64,000 nucleotides of DNA, taken from the NCBI GenBank assembly GCA_038496445.1, contig JALMLS010000268.1, positions 310,001 to 374,000 on the forward strand. Direction: 5' to 3'. The stretch comes from Trichosphaerium sp. ATCC 40318. Lineage: Eukaryota > Protista > Tubulinea. Of the stretch, positions 26,532 through 37,349 are shown piece by piece (positions within the stretch are counted from its first letter, which is position 1; the number at the start of each line of letters is the position of its first letter). The notes beneath the pieces were generated by a model. That model searched no databases, was not told the origin of the DNA, and worked only from the letters and a program-made list of their open reading frames with translations. Position numbers and translations under genes: made by a program.

Positions 26532-28660
26532 CAGTGGTGGAATCGGACAAAATACGCGTGCTTAAAACGTGCCATTTGCGTGGAAAATAAACGTGCCCAA
26601 AACGTGCCCAAAACGTGTCATTTGCGTGTTGTATATTTGCAATAAATGTGCCCAAAACGTGCCATTTGCGTGTTTTAACCATGACCTGTCTTTAATAGAA
26701 ATTTGGAGAAAAATTCAAAATAAAAAAATTGACAAACTCAAAACTCAACCATCTCACCCCAAAGCCGATCGCCTCCGATCGTCAACAATAAAACATGTAT
26801 TTTCACCCAAGTAAGCAGTAGTTAGGTTTGTATTGGCATGGCTCTAAAAGTAGGTGAAAAAATCTAAAAATACCCAAAAACCAACAATTTCTTGATTTTC
26901 CTATTTTTCGTGAATAACTCAGGTCTACTAGTACGAATCCTTTAAAAAATGAAGTATGGCCCACTATTAGGTACGATGCATGGTTTCGTGGTGGTTTGGG
27001 GTTCGGTGCCCCTTTTTAAGGCAAAAACGATAGAAAATAGATATTTAGGGTAGATTAAGGATATTATGGCTCAATAACTCCATTAAACCCCTTTTTAAAG
27101 ACGATTATTGGATTTGAGATTTTTTGCCTAATTAGGTAAGTTCTTGCTTAAGTATTTACGATAAGGCAGGATTGGCGAAAAAAGCAGGTAAAATGGCAAA
27201 AACATGAAGTTGGTTGATATAAACTGGGTATTGCAGGTCTAAAAATTAAAGTGGTATATACCAGTTTTTTTATGGTATATACCACTTTTTTCAACAAAAT
27301 GGTATATGGACTGGTATATACCATTTTGAAATACCACTTTTTTTAGAAATTAAGTGAATAAAAAAGAGGTATATGGAAGTGGTATATACCACTTTTCATT
27401 CACATAATGAGACCTTCTAAAAATGGTATATAAAGTGGTATATACCACTTTTTTATGGTATGTGGTATATACCACCTTTTTATTGGTATATACCACTTTT
27501 ATGGTATGCTTCAAGAAGGTCATTAAGGAGCTTTTTGGTAATGGGTTTTCTTGTTGAACGATCATGGACGTCATACATTGAACGGTGCGTAGGGACCTTA
27601 GTATATCATAGAATCTAACCAAACCAAGCTCATTCGAACCGCAGGACCTGATTCCAGTACCAACATTGAGGAAACTATATTGCAGGTATTATACAGACGT
27701 TCGTGGGTACCAGACAAAGTTGTATTTTATTTTCGTTTGATATACATTAACCGACCTCCGTAGGCCTTAGTAATTGATAGATTCAGGTGGGACCACTTTT
27801 ATTAGGTGCGCAGCATGTTTTTACAGTAGGTACAGCAAGCTCATGGAGATGGACGAATTTTCCAGACGCCCATAGTAATGTAACTGTAGTGGACATTGTC
27901 CAAAACTTGTAACTCACAAACTGTGTATTAAATAAAGTGTATTTTCTGGAATTGCAGGTGTACTATAAGTAAGCATAAAGTGGTATATAAGAGTGGTATA
28001 TACCATGAAAAACTGGTATAAAAAAGTGGTATATAACTGGTATATACCTAAAAAAAGTGGTATAAAAAAGTGGTATATTTTTTTTTTTCTGGTGAAAAAA
28101 AGTGGTATATTTTCTGTTTTTATACCTGTTTTTTTTGGTATATTGTTGGTATATTTGGTCAATATACCACTTTTTTTGGTATATTTCGGTCAAAATATAC
28201 CACTTTTTTTGGTATATACCATAAAAAACTGGTATAAAAAAGTGGTATAAAAGTGGTATATACCAAAAAAACTGGTATATTTTTTTAGACCTGTGTTTAT
28301 GTGGGGATAGTTTTATGTAAAGTTTGTAATAATTGTACCAAACCTCTTTGTAATCGTTATGTGTTATGTATCGTAATAAACTGTTATTTTCTTTTCTTCT
28401 ATAAAGTGGTGTTTTATGTGTGCCCAAAACGTGTGATATGTGTGGCAAATATGCGTGCCCAAAACGTGCCCAAAATGTGGAAAATAAACGTGCCTAAAAC
28501 GTGCCCAAAACGTAGGTAATAAACGTGCCCAAAACGTGTCCAAAACGTGCGATTTGCGTGGCCAGCATGTGGAAGAGAAACGTGCCTTTTGCGTGAAAAA
28601 AAAACGTGCCCAAAACGTGCCCAAAACGTGCGATTCGCGTTCTGTCCGATTCCACCACTG
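26532..28660. mobile_element. Non-autonomous TIR element family A (AAAACGTGCCC subterminal repeats)
   Basis: TIR CAGTGGTGGAATCGGACA at 26532 and its reverse complement ending 28660; AT on both flanks. Confidence 0.85.
27234..28293. mobile_element. Non-autonomous TIR element family C nested in A (GTGGTATATACCAC palindrome arrays)
   Basis: TIR CAGGTCTAAAAA...TTTTTAGACCTG; TG on both flanks; many GGTATATACC motifs near both ends. Confidence 0.8.
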
Positions 28661-28675
28661 ATGCCTCGTATTTTA

Positions 28676-28814
28676 CAGTACTGGAATCAGGATTTTGACC
28701 CGTACTAAACCTGTACAGAACCCGTACTTTTGACCCGTACTTAACCTGTATGGGTTCTGTACTTTTGACCCGTACTCTACCCGTACATTATCCGTACTCC
28801 CGATTTTACTACTG
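28676..28814. mobile_element. MITE family B, 139-bp copy (TTTGACCCGTAC repeats)
   Basis: Ends CAGTACTGGAATCAGGA / TCCCGATTTTACTACTG; TA on both flanks. Confidence 0.8.
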
Positions 28815-29485
28815 TAATCCATTGTAAGGCATTGCCTCTACTATATCATAGGGACTGATCACTTTAAGGAAGTGTTTTAAGGTAAGTAACAGTCAAACAA
28901 CTTTTACACTTTTTTTTTCTCATCATCTATGGACATTTTATATAAACAAGAATCTAGTGCTCTTAGTAATTGATGAAATTAGACAAAACTACTGCCAAAC
29001 GAACCGCAGCACTATATTTCACCTAGAACAGTAGTAAGAGTGAAGGCTGCAATATTTCCAGGACTGTGGAATTCTAACACTACAAGGTAAGTTTTTTTTT
29101 TTTCACCTCTCATATTTTCTTTAAGGTTTTTTCAAATGTGGACTTAGGAGTTTTGTGTATTGTATGTGTAGTGTATTATAAAATAAATAGTTGTGTTACT
29201 ACCTGAAAATGCCCTGGTTTATTAAGCACTGTAAACTATGATAATGCTTTTTTTTTGTCTTCAAAATAAGGCATTGATGCATGAATTATGCATAATGCCT
29301 TAAAATATGCAGGCAAAACCATTGCATCTTGTGTACCAGATGCAAGCATTTTCATAAAAAATAAGACATTATTTGGATGAAAATCCCTAAACATTGTTCA
29401 AAAATGCCTTGTTGAGCCTCAGCAGTGTTCAAATAAAAACTACTGATGACTACAATAATGGAGCACACAATGAACTGCAAAATTG

Positions 29486-30330
29486 TCATTTATTATCAAA
29501 TTGAACAAGGTTCCAAACATTTACACAACCCATGGCATGCATTTCAGGGGATTCTCCAAGTGCCCTTGTACTCAAATACTTCCAATTGCCTGCCCAGCTG
29601 TTGTTTATCTCTATAATTGCCCGTGCTGCAGAATACTTGCATGTGTAGTTGGCACCAAGCCGTTCGGCAAGAATAATTGTTAATCTGGTTGCAATAAAGC
29701 CCAAGTCAGCCAACAAGCGTATATTGTGTGTTTCAGTCTCAGCGGGAAGTTCATAACATGAAAATGCTGCTTTATTGTTATTGTGGCCTAAATATCTCGG
29801 TTATGCAATTTTAGCGGCCTTACAAGCACTTAAAAAGTTTGTACCCCACACGATATTTACATACAAGAGATTTCCTAAACAATCACAAACAGTAAGTGCA
29901 TTTAAGAAGTGAGTGTGCTTATTCCCACAGTGCAACAAATGCTGTCCAGGATAAACACGATTCCTGGTGTAGATTGAGTGTTATTTACCATTTAGAGTAT
30001 GCACCGAAAATGGCTGGTACAGTCAACAAGTGCTTTAGCACCATCAAAGGTAGGTGGTACATTGTTTCAATCATTTGGCCAAGAGATAAATTTTAACATA
30101 GCATACATTACAGGAATAATGTGGTATATCACGGCTTACACAAGCAAGACTGTGAAACACCAAAATCCTTTGCAATTTTTGCTTGTGAGTAGTTGTGGCA
30201 TAAATAGCACAATACAAGGGCTAAGCGTGCTCACAGGGACAAATTGTGGCAGGACTGTACTCTGCTTTTGTAATTTCAACATGGAATATGTTTTGGTTTA
30301 TGCACACATGTGTTAGTTTATCCATTTTTA
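29486..30330 (-). pseudogene. Decayed PIF/Harbinger(ISL2EU)-like DDE transposase with two introns
   Basis: HTH-like YLCHNYSQAKIAKDFGVSQS, ISWP, ALVDCTSHFRNRVYPGQ, GHNNN, LLADLGF, ARAIIE; premature stops and a frameshift. 5' limit approximate. Confidence 0.75.
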
Positions 30331-30372
30331 AAGTCAAAGTTTGTAAATAAGTGTTAAACAATACAACATCAC

Positions 30373-30789
30373 ATGATACCTACAACAACAATGTCAGCAC
30401 AACTCAGCGCTCAATGCCAACTTTCTGTAAACACTTTCAACGAAATAGCTTCACAAGATAATTCAATACAACCAACAATGCAAAACAAAATGCAGAAACC
30501 AACAAAGAAACACAAAAGATCAAATTTTGAATGGACATTGGATTTGGATGCTGCTGTGCTAAAGGCAGCCATAGCCCATTACAATCCCCAATGTCATTGC
30601 TATGGTCTTAATAAAGCAGCAGATGTTATTGCAGCTCAGCAAAAAGTGAGATTTACACCTGAGCAACTGGGTTCTCACTTGGCAGGCATCTTTAGAGACA
30701 AGGGCAAATATGCCAAAAAATCCTTTAGCAAAGTCAACTCTGTGGAATAAAATAGAAAACAAGCAGTCCAAACCAAAGGCTGAAAAGAA
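30373..30789 (+). pseudogene. Myb/SANT-like DNA-binding ORF, probable transposon accessory gene, interrupted by a MITE
   Basis: FEWTLDLDAAVLKA..G..KAADVI..FTPEQLGSHL resembles the SHAQKYF-type Myb pattern; head-to-head with the transposase relic. Confidence 0.55.
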
Positions 30790-31455
30790 CAGTACTGGAA
30801 TCAGAATTTTGACCTGTACTAAACCTGTATGGAACCTGTACTTTTGACCTGTATTTAACCTGTATGGGTTCCATACTTTTGACCTGTACAAAACCTGTAC
30901 ATGACCCGAACTTTTGACCTGTACTTAACCTGTACATGTTCCATATTGTTGATCCGTACTCTACCCGTATGGGTTACATACAGGATCCGTACAGGTAGAG
31001 TACAATTAAATAATATGGAAAATTGTAAGGTACAAAAACATGTATTATTAATAGATGAGGGTGTTTTAAGGTTATGCATTTACTTAAAAAGTAGAGGAGA
31101 AAACTTAATAAAGTGCAAAATGTAGCTTTTTGCTGAATTTTGTTGTTTTATGCATAACTTTGGTCTGACTGTACGAACTGCTCAGAAAATGTAGCATTAG
31201 GTATATTTAGGTACGATGCATGGTTTCATGGTGGTTTGGGGATCAACTCACCATTTTTAGGCAAAAACGACAGAAAATATGTATTTGGAGTAGTTTAAGG
31301 ATATTATGGCTTAATAGCTCTATTAAACCACTTTTTGACCTGTACTCAACCCGTACAGGATCTGTACTTTTGACCCGTACTCAACCCATATGGGATCTGT
31401 ACTTTTTGACCAATACTCTATCCATACATTATCCATACTCCTGATTTTACTACTG
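30790..31455. mobile_element. Family B element, longer copy
   Basis: Same termini as 28676-28814; repeats decayed to GACCTGTAC; no target duplication seen. Confidence 0.8.
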
Positions 31456-31709
31456 GAGGAGGAGTACAAAAAATTACATGCAGAAGATGATTTGAATATT
31501 GAAAAACACACTGAAATAATGCAGCTGCGCGAACAGTATGCTGAAAAAAAGGTTGAAGAGCCTTTTGCCAGTGTGTAACTTTTTATACAATCAACAACAA
31601 CATTAATCCTTGCCCAGGCACCACTGAAAACCTTACCCAACAACAGGCAAAAAAAAAGGTTGCAGAAGCAAAAAAACAACATATTAATGAGCAAAAGCAT
31701 AAAAAAAAG

Positions 31710-32017
31710 ATTTAATGGAGTTATTGAGCCATAATATCCTTACTATTTTCTATCATTTTTGTGTTAAAAGGGGCACCAAACCCCAAACCAATACCTATTG
31801 TTTTTGCCTAAAAAAGGGGCATTGAACCCCAAACCACCATGAAACCATGAGATGGTTGAGTTTTGAGTTTGTCATTTTTTTTATTTTGAATTTTTGATCA
31901 AATTTCTATTAAAGACAGGTCATGGTTAAAACACACAAATGGCACATTTTGGACATGGTTATTTTCCATGCAAATGGCACATTTTAGGCATGTGTATTTT
32001 GTTCGATTCCAACACTG
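31710..32017 (-). mobile_element. Truncated inverted copy of family A left arm
   Basis: Reverse complement of 26532-26755 and ~26980-27090 with internal deletion; ends ATTCCAACACTG. Confidence 0.75.
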
Positions 32018-32329
32018 TAGACAAATATAAAAAAAAGAGGTTGGATATTGCTTCAAGTAGTGAAACAAAAAATGTCAAAGCTTTTTTAGACATGATTAAA
32101 ATAAAAATGAAACAAATATTTGGAGACACATTTAGGCTAATTGCATGTAAAAAATGACTGAAGTCCAACAATAATGATAAACAAGGACTCAGCTGAACAA
32201 AAAGGAATTATTGATGTCAACTTAAAGTTTTTACTGTGTCAGTTCCATTATAAGTGTACTTGAAGTGGCAAATTGAGAGATAGATTTAAACTAAAGACAA
32301 ACATTCCAAAATTTATTTTTAATTTAACA

Positions 32330-32511
32330 CAGTGGTGGAATTGGACAGAACGCGAATTGCACGTTTTGGGCACGTTTTGGGCACGTTTTGGGCACGTTTA
32401 TTGCAAATATACAACACGCGAATGGCACGTTTTGGGCACGTTTTGGGCACGTTTATTTTCCACGCAAATGGCACGTTTTAGGCACGCGTATTTTGTCTGA
32501 TTCCACCACTG
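32330..32511 (-). mobile_element. 182-bp MITE derivative of family A
   Basis: Both TIRs (CAGTGGTGGAATTGGACA...TGTCTGATTCCACCACTG) and GGGCACGTTTT arrays only. Confidence 0.85.
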
Positions 32512-32913
32512 GCAAAGCATATTTTAGTTGAAGCAATAAAACAATTGTGTTTATTGAAACAAGTTACTTTTGACAAAGATTTGACTTTATGAGAAACAGT
32601 GTTTTTGGCATTTTGCAAAAGCAGTTTTTGCTTTGTATTAATGCTATTAGGCTTTCAAAGAATTGGCATTCCTCATGGCCTGACTTTGGACATCCTTATA
32701 AACTTGGTCTCTTTAACATGAACAATAAGCTTGAAACTCAATGAAAGCAATACTTAAGAAAAAGGATAAAAAATACAAAACACATCAAACAAGCAGTAAT
32801 ACATGATCTGACTATTAAGCTGTGTTGTGTCACATTCTTTACTTCCTGTTAACACACAAGCATAGATTTTACGTACAGCAGTAAACTCAAAACTGTGATA
32901 TTAAATCTGGCAT

Positions 32914-33119
32914 CAGTAGTAAAATCAGGAGTACAGATAATGTATGAGTAGAGTATTGGTCAAAAAGTATGGATCCTGTGTGGGTTTTGTACGGGTTGTA
33001 CAGGACATGTATGGGTTTAATCTGTGTCAAAAGTACAGAACCCATGTGGATTAGGTACAGGTCAAAAGTATGGGTTTTGAGCAAGTTAAATACAGGTCAA
33101 AATCTCAATTCCAATACTT
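32914..33119 (-). mobile_element. Degenerate inverted family B MITE
   Basis: Starts CAGTAGTAAAATCAGGAGTAC, carries GGTCAAAAGTA repeats, ends ATTCCAATACTT. Confidence 0.7.
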
Positions 33120-33390
33120 CTATTACATCCCACATATGTATCACTTTTTTTATTTTTTTATTGTAAAAACTGAAATATGCCTCCACTTGCTCTAAACCAA
33201 TGTTATTTGACTTGGAATGGAAATCTAACATATTTTCCATTTTTGGCAACCACAAAGGATATACTTGGAAATGCCAGCCATGTGTTTTTTAGAGGTTCTA
33301 TTGTCATGACCTCAAAGCACTTATGTGCCTTCAATTTCAACCCTAAACCAAACATGTATTTTTATTGAATTATTACAATACAGATGTTAT

Positions 33391-36077
33391 TTATTGGAAC
33401 CAAACAAAATAAATATCAGCAGCTACACATCCAAATAAACTCCAAACACTCCAAAATACAAGGGGAATAAATGCAACAATCCAAGCAGCTGTGGTTTGCT
33501 GTTGTACCTTGGCACACCAGACAATCATCCAAATGAAAAAAGAAGCAAAAAACACAAATATACCAGTGTACAATAAAGCAAGTTCAGTGATACTCAAATG
33601 AGATTCAAAACAGCAATATAATCCAATTGCAACGCCAGCACAAAATAACAGCCCAAAAATAATCCAAAATGGAATGAAGACGGTGTACAAACTCCAACTA
33701 GCAGTCACACCTATGTGTTTGTAAGACACGTAAAATAATAGTTGGTAATGGTGGTTGGTACCTTGAACACGCAAAAAGATAAAAATCAGAAAGAAAAACC
33801 CAGGCACAAAGATCCCTGCAATTGCCAGCAATCGCACACAAAAATTGTTACCTTTGATACGAGAATTGCCACAGCCACCATAGAGCGGAACAGAGCAATA
33901 AAAGCAAAAAAGCAACCAAATTGGGATCCACACACCCCACCATCCAAATGAATGTGAAGTACCATCTCTAGATAACCACGCTGTTAGAAAACGGCAAGTG
34001 TGTGCCATACATAAAACGAGTAAACGTACAACCCAAGCTTGACTGCTATCAAGACGAAGAATGCTAAAAAAAAGAAAAACGTGACCCAGACCAAGTCACG
34101 CATGAACCGAAAGTGGAAAACTACCTTCCAAAGTGCTAGCGGATACCCTAATGGTCCTGCTATGGGAGAGAAAACATTTAGGATAACACGTGACAATACT
34201 TAAGCAGTATTACGTACACCACTCCAGCTTTTTGTGAAAGTACAAGTGCAACACGTCATAGACACCAACAATTGCTAAAAACTGAACAAATATGAGGTAC
34301 CTACACAAATAACTTTGTTAACATATCTAGCACGTGCAAGAATAACATAAAAAAGTGCCATGTTAGTTACCAGGGAATGAGTACCAAAGCCCAAGACGCT
34401 TTGATTGTGTCGTCTAATTTAAGTGGAATCAGCAAGATACCCAACATCAGCAGAACTACCGTGATGTAGTCGCTCACACGTGAAAACGTAGTCATTTTTA
34501 ATATATCGAGACAACGTGCAGCTAAATAGAATTGCGGGTTAATAGAAAGCGACAAAAGGGAACGATAAAAAAAATATTGTTGGTGGGTTACCTTTTTGTT
34601 TGAGTCTGTTATCTCGCAACTGCCTCTTTTGTTGTTGACGCTGTGCACGTTCAAGCTTCTCTTTGTTCAATTGCTCCTGTTGCCAACGCTTGTATTCGAG
34701 ATAATAGTTTTGTTTTGCTTCAGACCTCTCCCGTGTCAACTAAATTTGTCGTGTCAGCATCATCATACATGAATAAAGAAAAAAGTTCCAATCAAGGGAG
34801 AGACCCAAACGCCGACCCGAAAAAACTTACGTCAGTAATATCACATCCCCACACTCGCGCTCGCTCTCTCCAAATGTCGTGGTGGTAACTAAAATGACTG
34901 AAGGCCTTGTTCACCTTTTTGGGATTGTAAGTGGTGATGTGATTGTACCGTTTAGACACGTGTCAAGAACGAATTATTATGATTGTATTGAAAACAGTAC
35001 ACTCGAAATTTTGGTTATAAGACTTGCCTGAGCAGCGCGACCAATACTGTAGATATCAAGGTAAGACCATATTTGCAGGACAACCTCTTGTGGTAAGAGC
35101 CTATGAAAATCCATGTTCAACTTGTGCTTGTCTTGATGAGGCACATTTAAATTGTTGTCAATCGTCACGATAACATCAGAACTGTAGCATATCACACTGT
35201 TAACAATAATAACCACCAGGTTTCTAGTAACATTATGTACCCGTCTTCCGATTCAGATACTTGTATCGGTTCAAACGCATTGATGTCTATTGAGTATTTG
35301 GACAAGGCTCCCTTTAAAAGAGCGGTTAGAGACACAAGTTGCCGCAAAAAACTCGAAAATGGTAAAAAAATAGAATAAAGTACTAATACGTACGATGATG
35401 GGGCTTTGTTTGTATTTCTTTCTCTTCTTGTCGCTTTTTTCTTTGAGCTTGACGGTCTTTGCTGGTTTTTCAAAATCGTCCGAGCTTGAATCCGCCCGTG
35501 CTACACGCTAGATCCACGTTTTATTTTAGCGTGCTGTTTGCCGTGTTTTCATGTCAGTACCTCATCTGCGTGAGAGATCTGCATGGAGTCTGGTGGCGTC
35601 AGAGCACTCATAACTTTCAATTTTTTTGCGCTTTTACTCTGCTTGGACGCTTTAACAGACTGTTTACGTCGCTTTTTTGAAGGCTTCTTTGACTTTTTGG
35701 GTACAAGATGTGCAGACGGCGATTCGTGCGTAGGTTCAATAACGCCCACATTTGTCCCTGATTCACGCTCACTACATAGTGTTATTATTATCCGCGGGAT
35801 GTAACTGCGATACAACATCGACACACACGATGTCATTATTTACTGTTAACGACACTGGGTTCATATACGCACCTTGAGAGATTGGTTTCAGACAGTTCCA
35901 CCTAAAAACGCATGAGAAGGCAAAAGTGTAACGCGCTACTAACCACACTAGTTCGTGTCTTGGACTCTGTTGAACTATTAGATACGTCCGAGGCCTAAAA
36001 GTAGGTTACGAAACGGAAAAAGAACAAAGAGTAAAACGTCAACTAAAACCTAAAATTAATCTCACCTCTTCAGACAT
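33391..36077 (-). CDS. F-box protein with multi-pass TMEM185/FAM11-like membrane domain and basic low-complexity N-terminus
   Basis: LLPQEVVLQIWSYLDIYSIGRAAQVNK..DIWR (F-box); repeated LKLD..I.ASWALVLIPW / WSLYTVFIPFW helices; intron at ~35185-35240 links the N-terminal exons in frame. Confidence 0.72.
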
Positions 36078-36231
36078 GATGCTTCTATGACTTACTTGAG
36101 ATAGCGCAGGCGAAATTTGTTGAAAGAGGTATTTTGGTTAAGGGACAATGAAAAACAATATATCCCTTTTTTTCATGCGTACGCGATAAAAACACGTGTC
36201 ACTCCGCCATTTCACGCTTCAAACGAACGAA

Positions 36232-37267
36232 ATGAGGGTCTGGATGCTGATACATCACTTTGTGGCTATTTTTATTGTAGCTATCGTTGTAACGCGCACA
36301 AATGGCGTAAAGATAGATCACGGCACTTTGAGTGTTAGTACATTTCACATGGACGCACTATTGGCACGCCTGCAATACCTGAAGCACCGTGTGGTAGCGT
36401 TAGAGCGCACTGTACGTATTGCGTATAATTCGTCGCGTAACTGCTCGTACAGATAGCCGACCTTGTGACACGTCACAACAACAAACCAGATAACGTGATT
36501 GCAATATCAACCACAGTATTACAGAAATCAAAGATTGCAGATGAAATACAGGAGGTACATTTTCTCATGTTTTTTTTTTTTGAACCGCTCAGGCGCCAAG
36601 AGTTAACACGTCATCCACCTAGGTTTCTGTTGAACTGTTGACACTCATCGACGATAGAAAAATGAAGATGAAGACGTATATAGATCTGACGACGGGTACG
36701 GTGTACATGTTGTAGTCTTACTTTTATTCACTTATTGTCAAACTTGTGGATCATCTGACACGCTGGTTAGGTATTCAAAAAATGGTTTCTCAAGCACAAC
36801 AGTACCGCACATCAAGCACAGCGCCTGCTTTCGTGCAAAGCATTACAAGAGTGTTTGACGCAATGTCCCTGACGTATGGTAACAAAATGCCAATCGCCTC
36901 GACTTTGCCATTTTTTAAGACGACTGCAACCGCCACTGGCACATCCAACACTGATGAGGTACGCACCATACTCTAGATAACCCGCATCACGTATTCCAAA
37001 CGTTTGAATGAACATATTGTAGCCACCTGTTCAAGACGCACAAGAATTAATGGAGGAAATGAAGGCGATGATACGAGAGATGTTAGGTGCAGATGTGCAA
37101 GTGCAGACATATACAATCAGCCTGAACGACCTTGGTAACACGACAAACCTGCTGCCCCACATCAAACACCTTCTTAATGGTCAAGGTGAACAAAACTACA
37201 CATTGTGCATATACATGCATCTAACGCACATTTAGAGGAGGACAGTGAGTCAAAGGATAGTGAATAA
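36232..37267 (+). CDS. Hypothetical protein with N-terminal signal peptide/anchor
   Basis: MRVWMLIHHFVAIFIVAIVVT hydrophobic leader; multi-exon. Confidence 0.6.
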
Positions 37268-37349
37268 CAAAGTAGCGGTTTGATTTTTTTTTAATGTAAT
37301 AAAGCTTGTATTGTACAAATTCTGATTTTTTTCTTTTTTCTGAAATGGC

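Larger units (their letters stand above)
26310..33345. repeat. AT-rich island of nested DNA-transposon relics between two convergent genes
   Basis: No intact host gene for 7 kb; several TIR elements and motif arrays; outer ends CAGGGTTGAAA and TTTCAACCCTA may be a degenerate TIR pair. Confidence 0.8.

Noticed and set aside
27350-28624. KKWYI/YTT and GTFWAR ORFs in the ORF track
   Set aside because: Translations of subterminal DNA repeats, not proteins.
26532-28660. CRISPR-like or telomeric reading of the short repeat arrays
   Set aside because: Repeats are 10-14 bp, irregularly spaced, in both orientations and bounded by TIRs; no unique spacers or cas genes; eukaryotic context.
29423-32017. 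CAGTGTT...AACACTG as termini of the Harbinger-like element
   Set aside because: Only 7 bp match, no target duplication, and the right end is explained as a family A terminus.
32018-32880. Coding-like fragments between MITEs
   Set aside because: Multiple stops and no recognisable motif; may continue the Myb-like pseudogene but unsupported.
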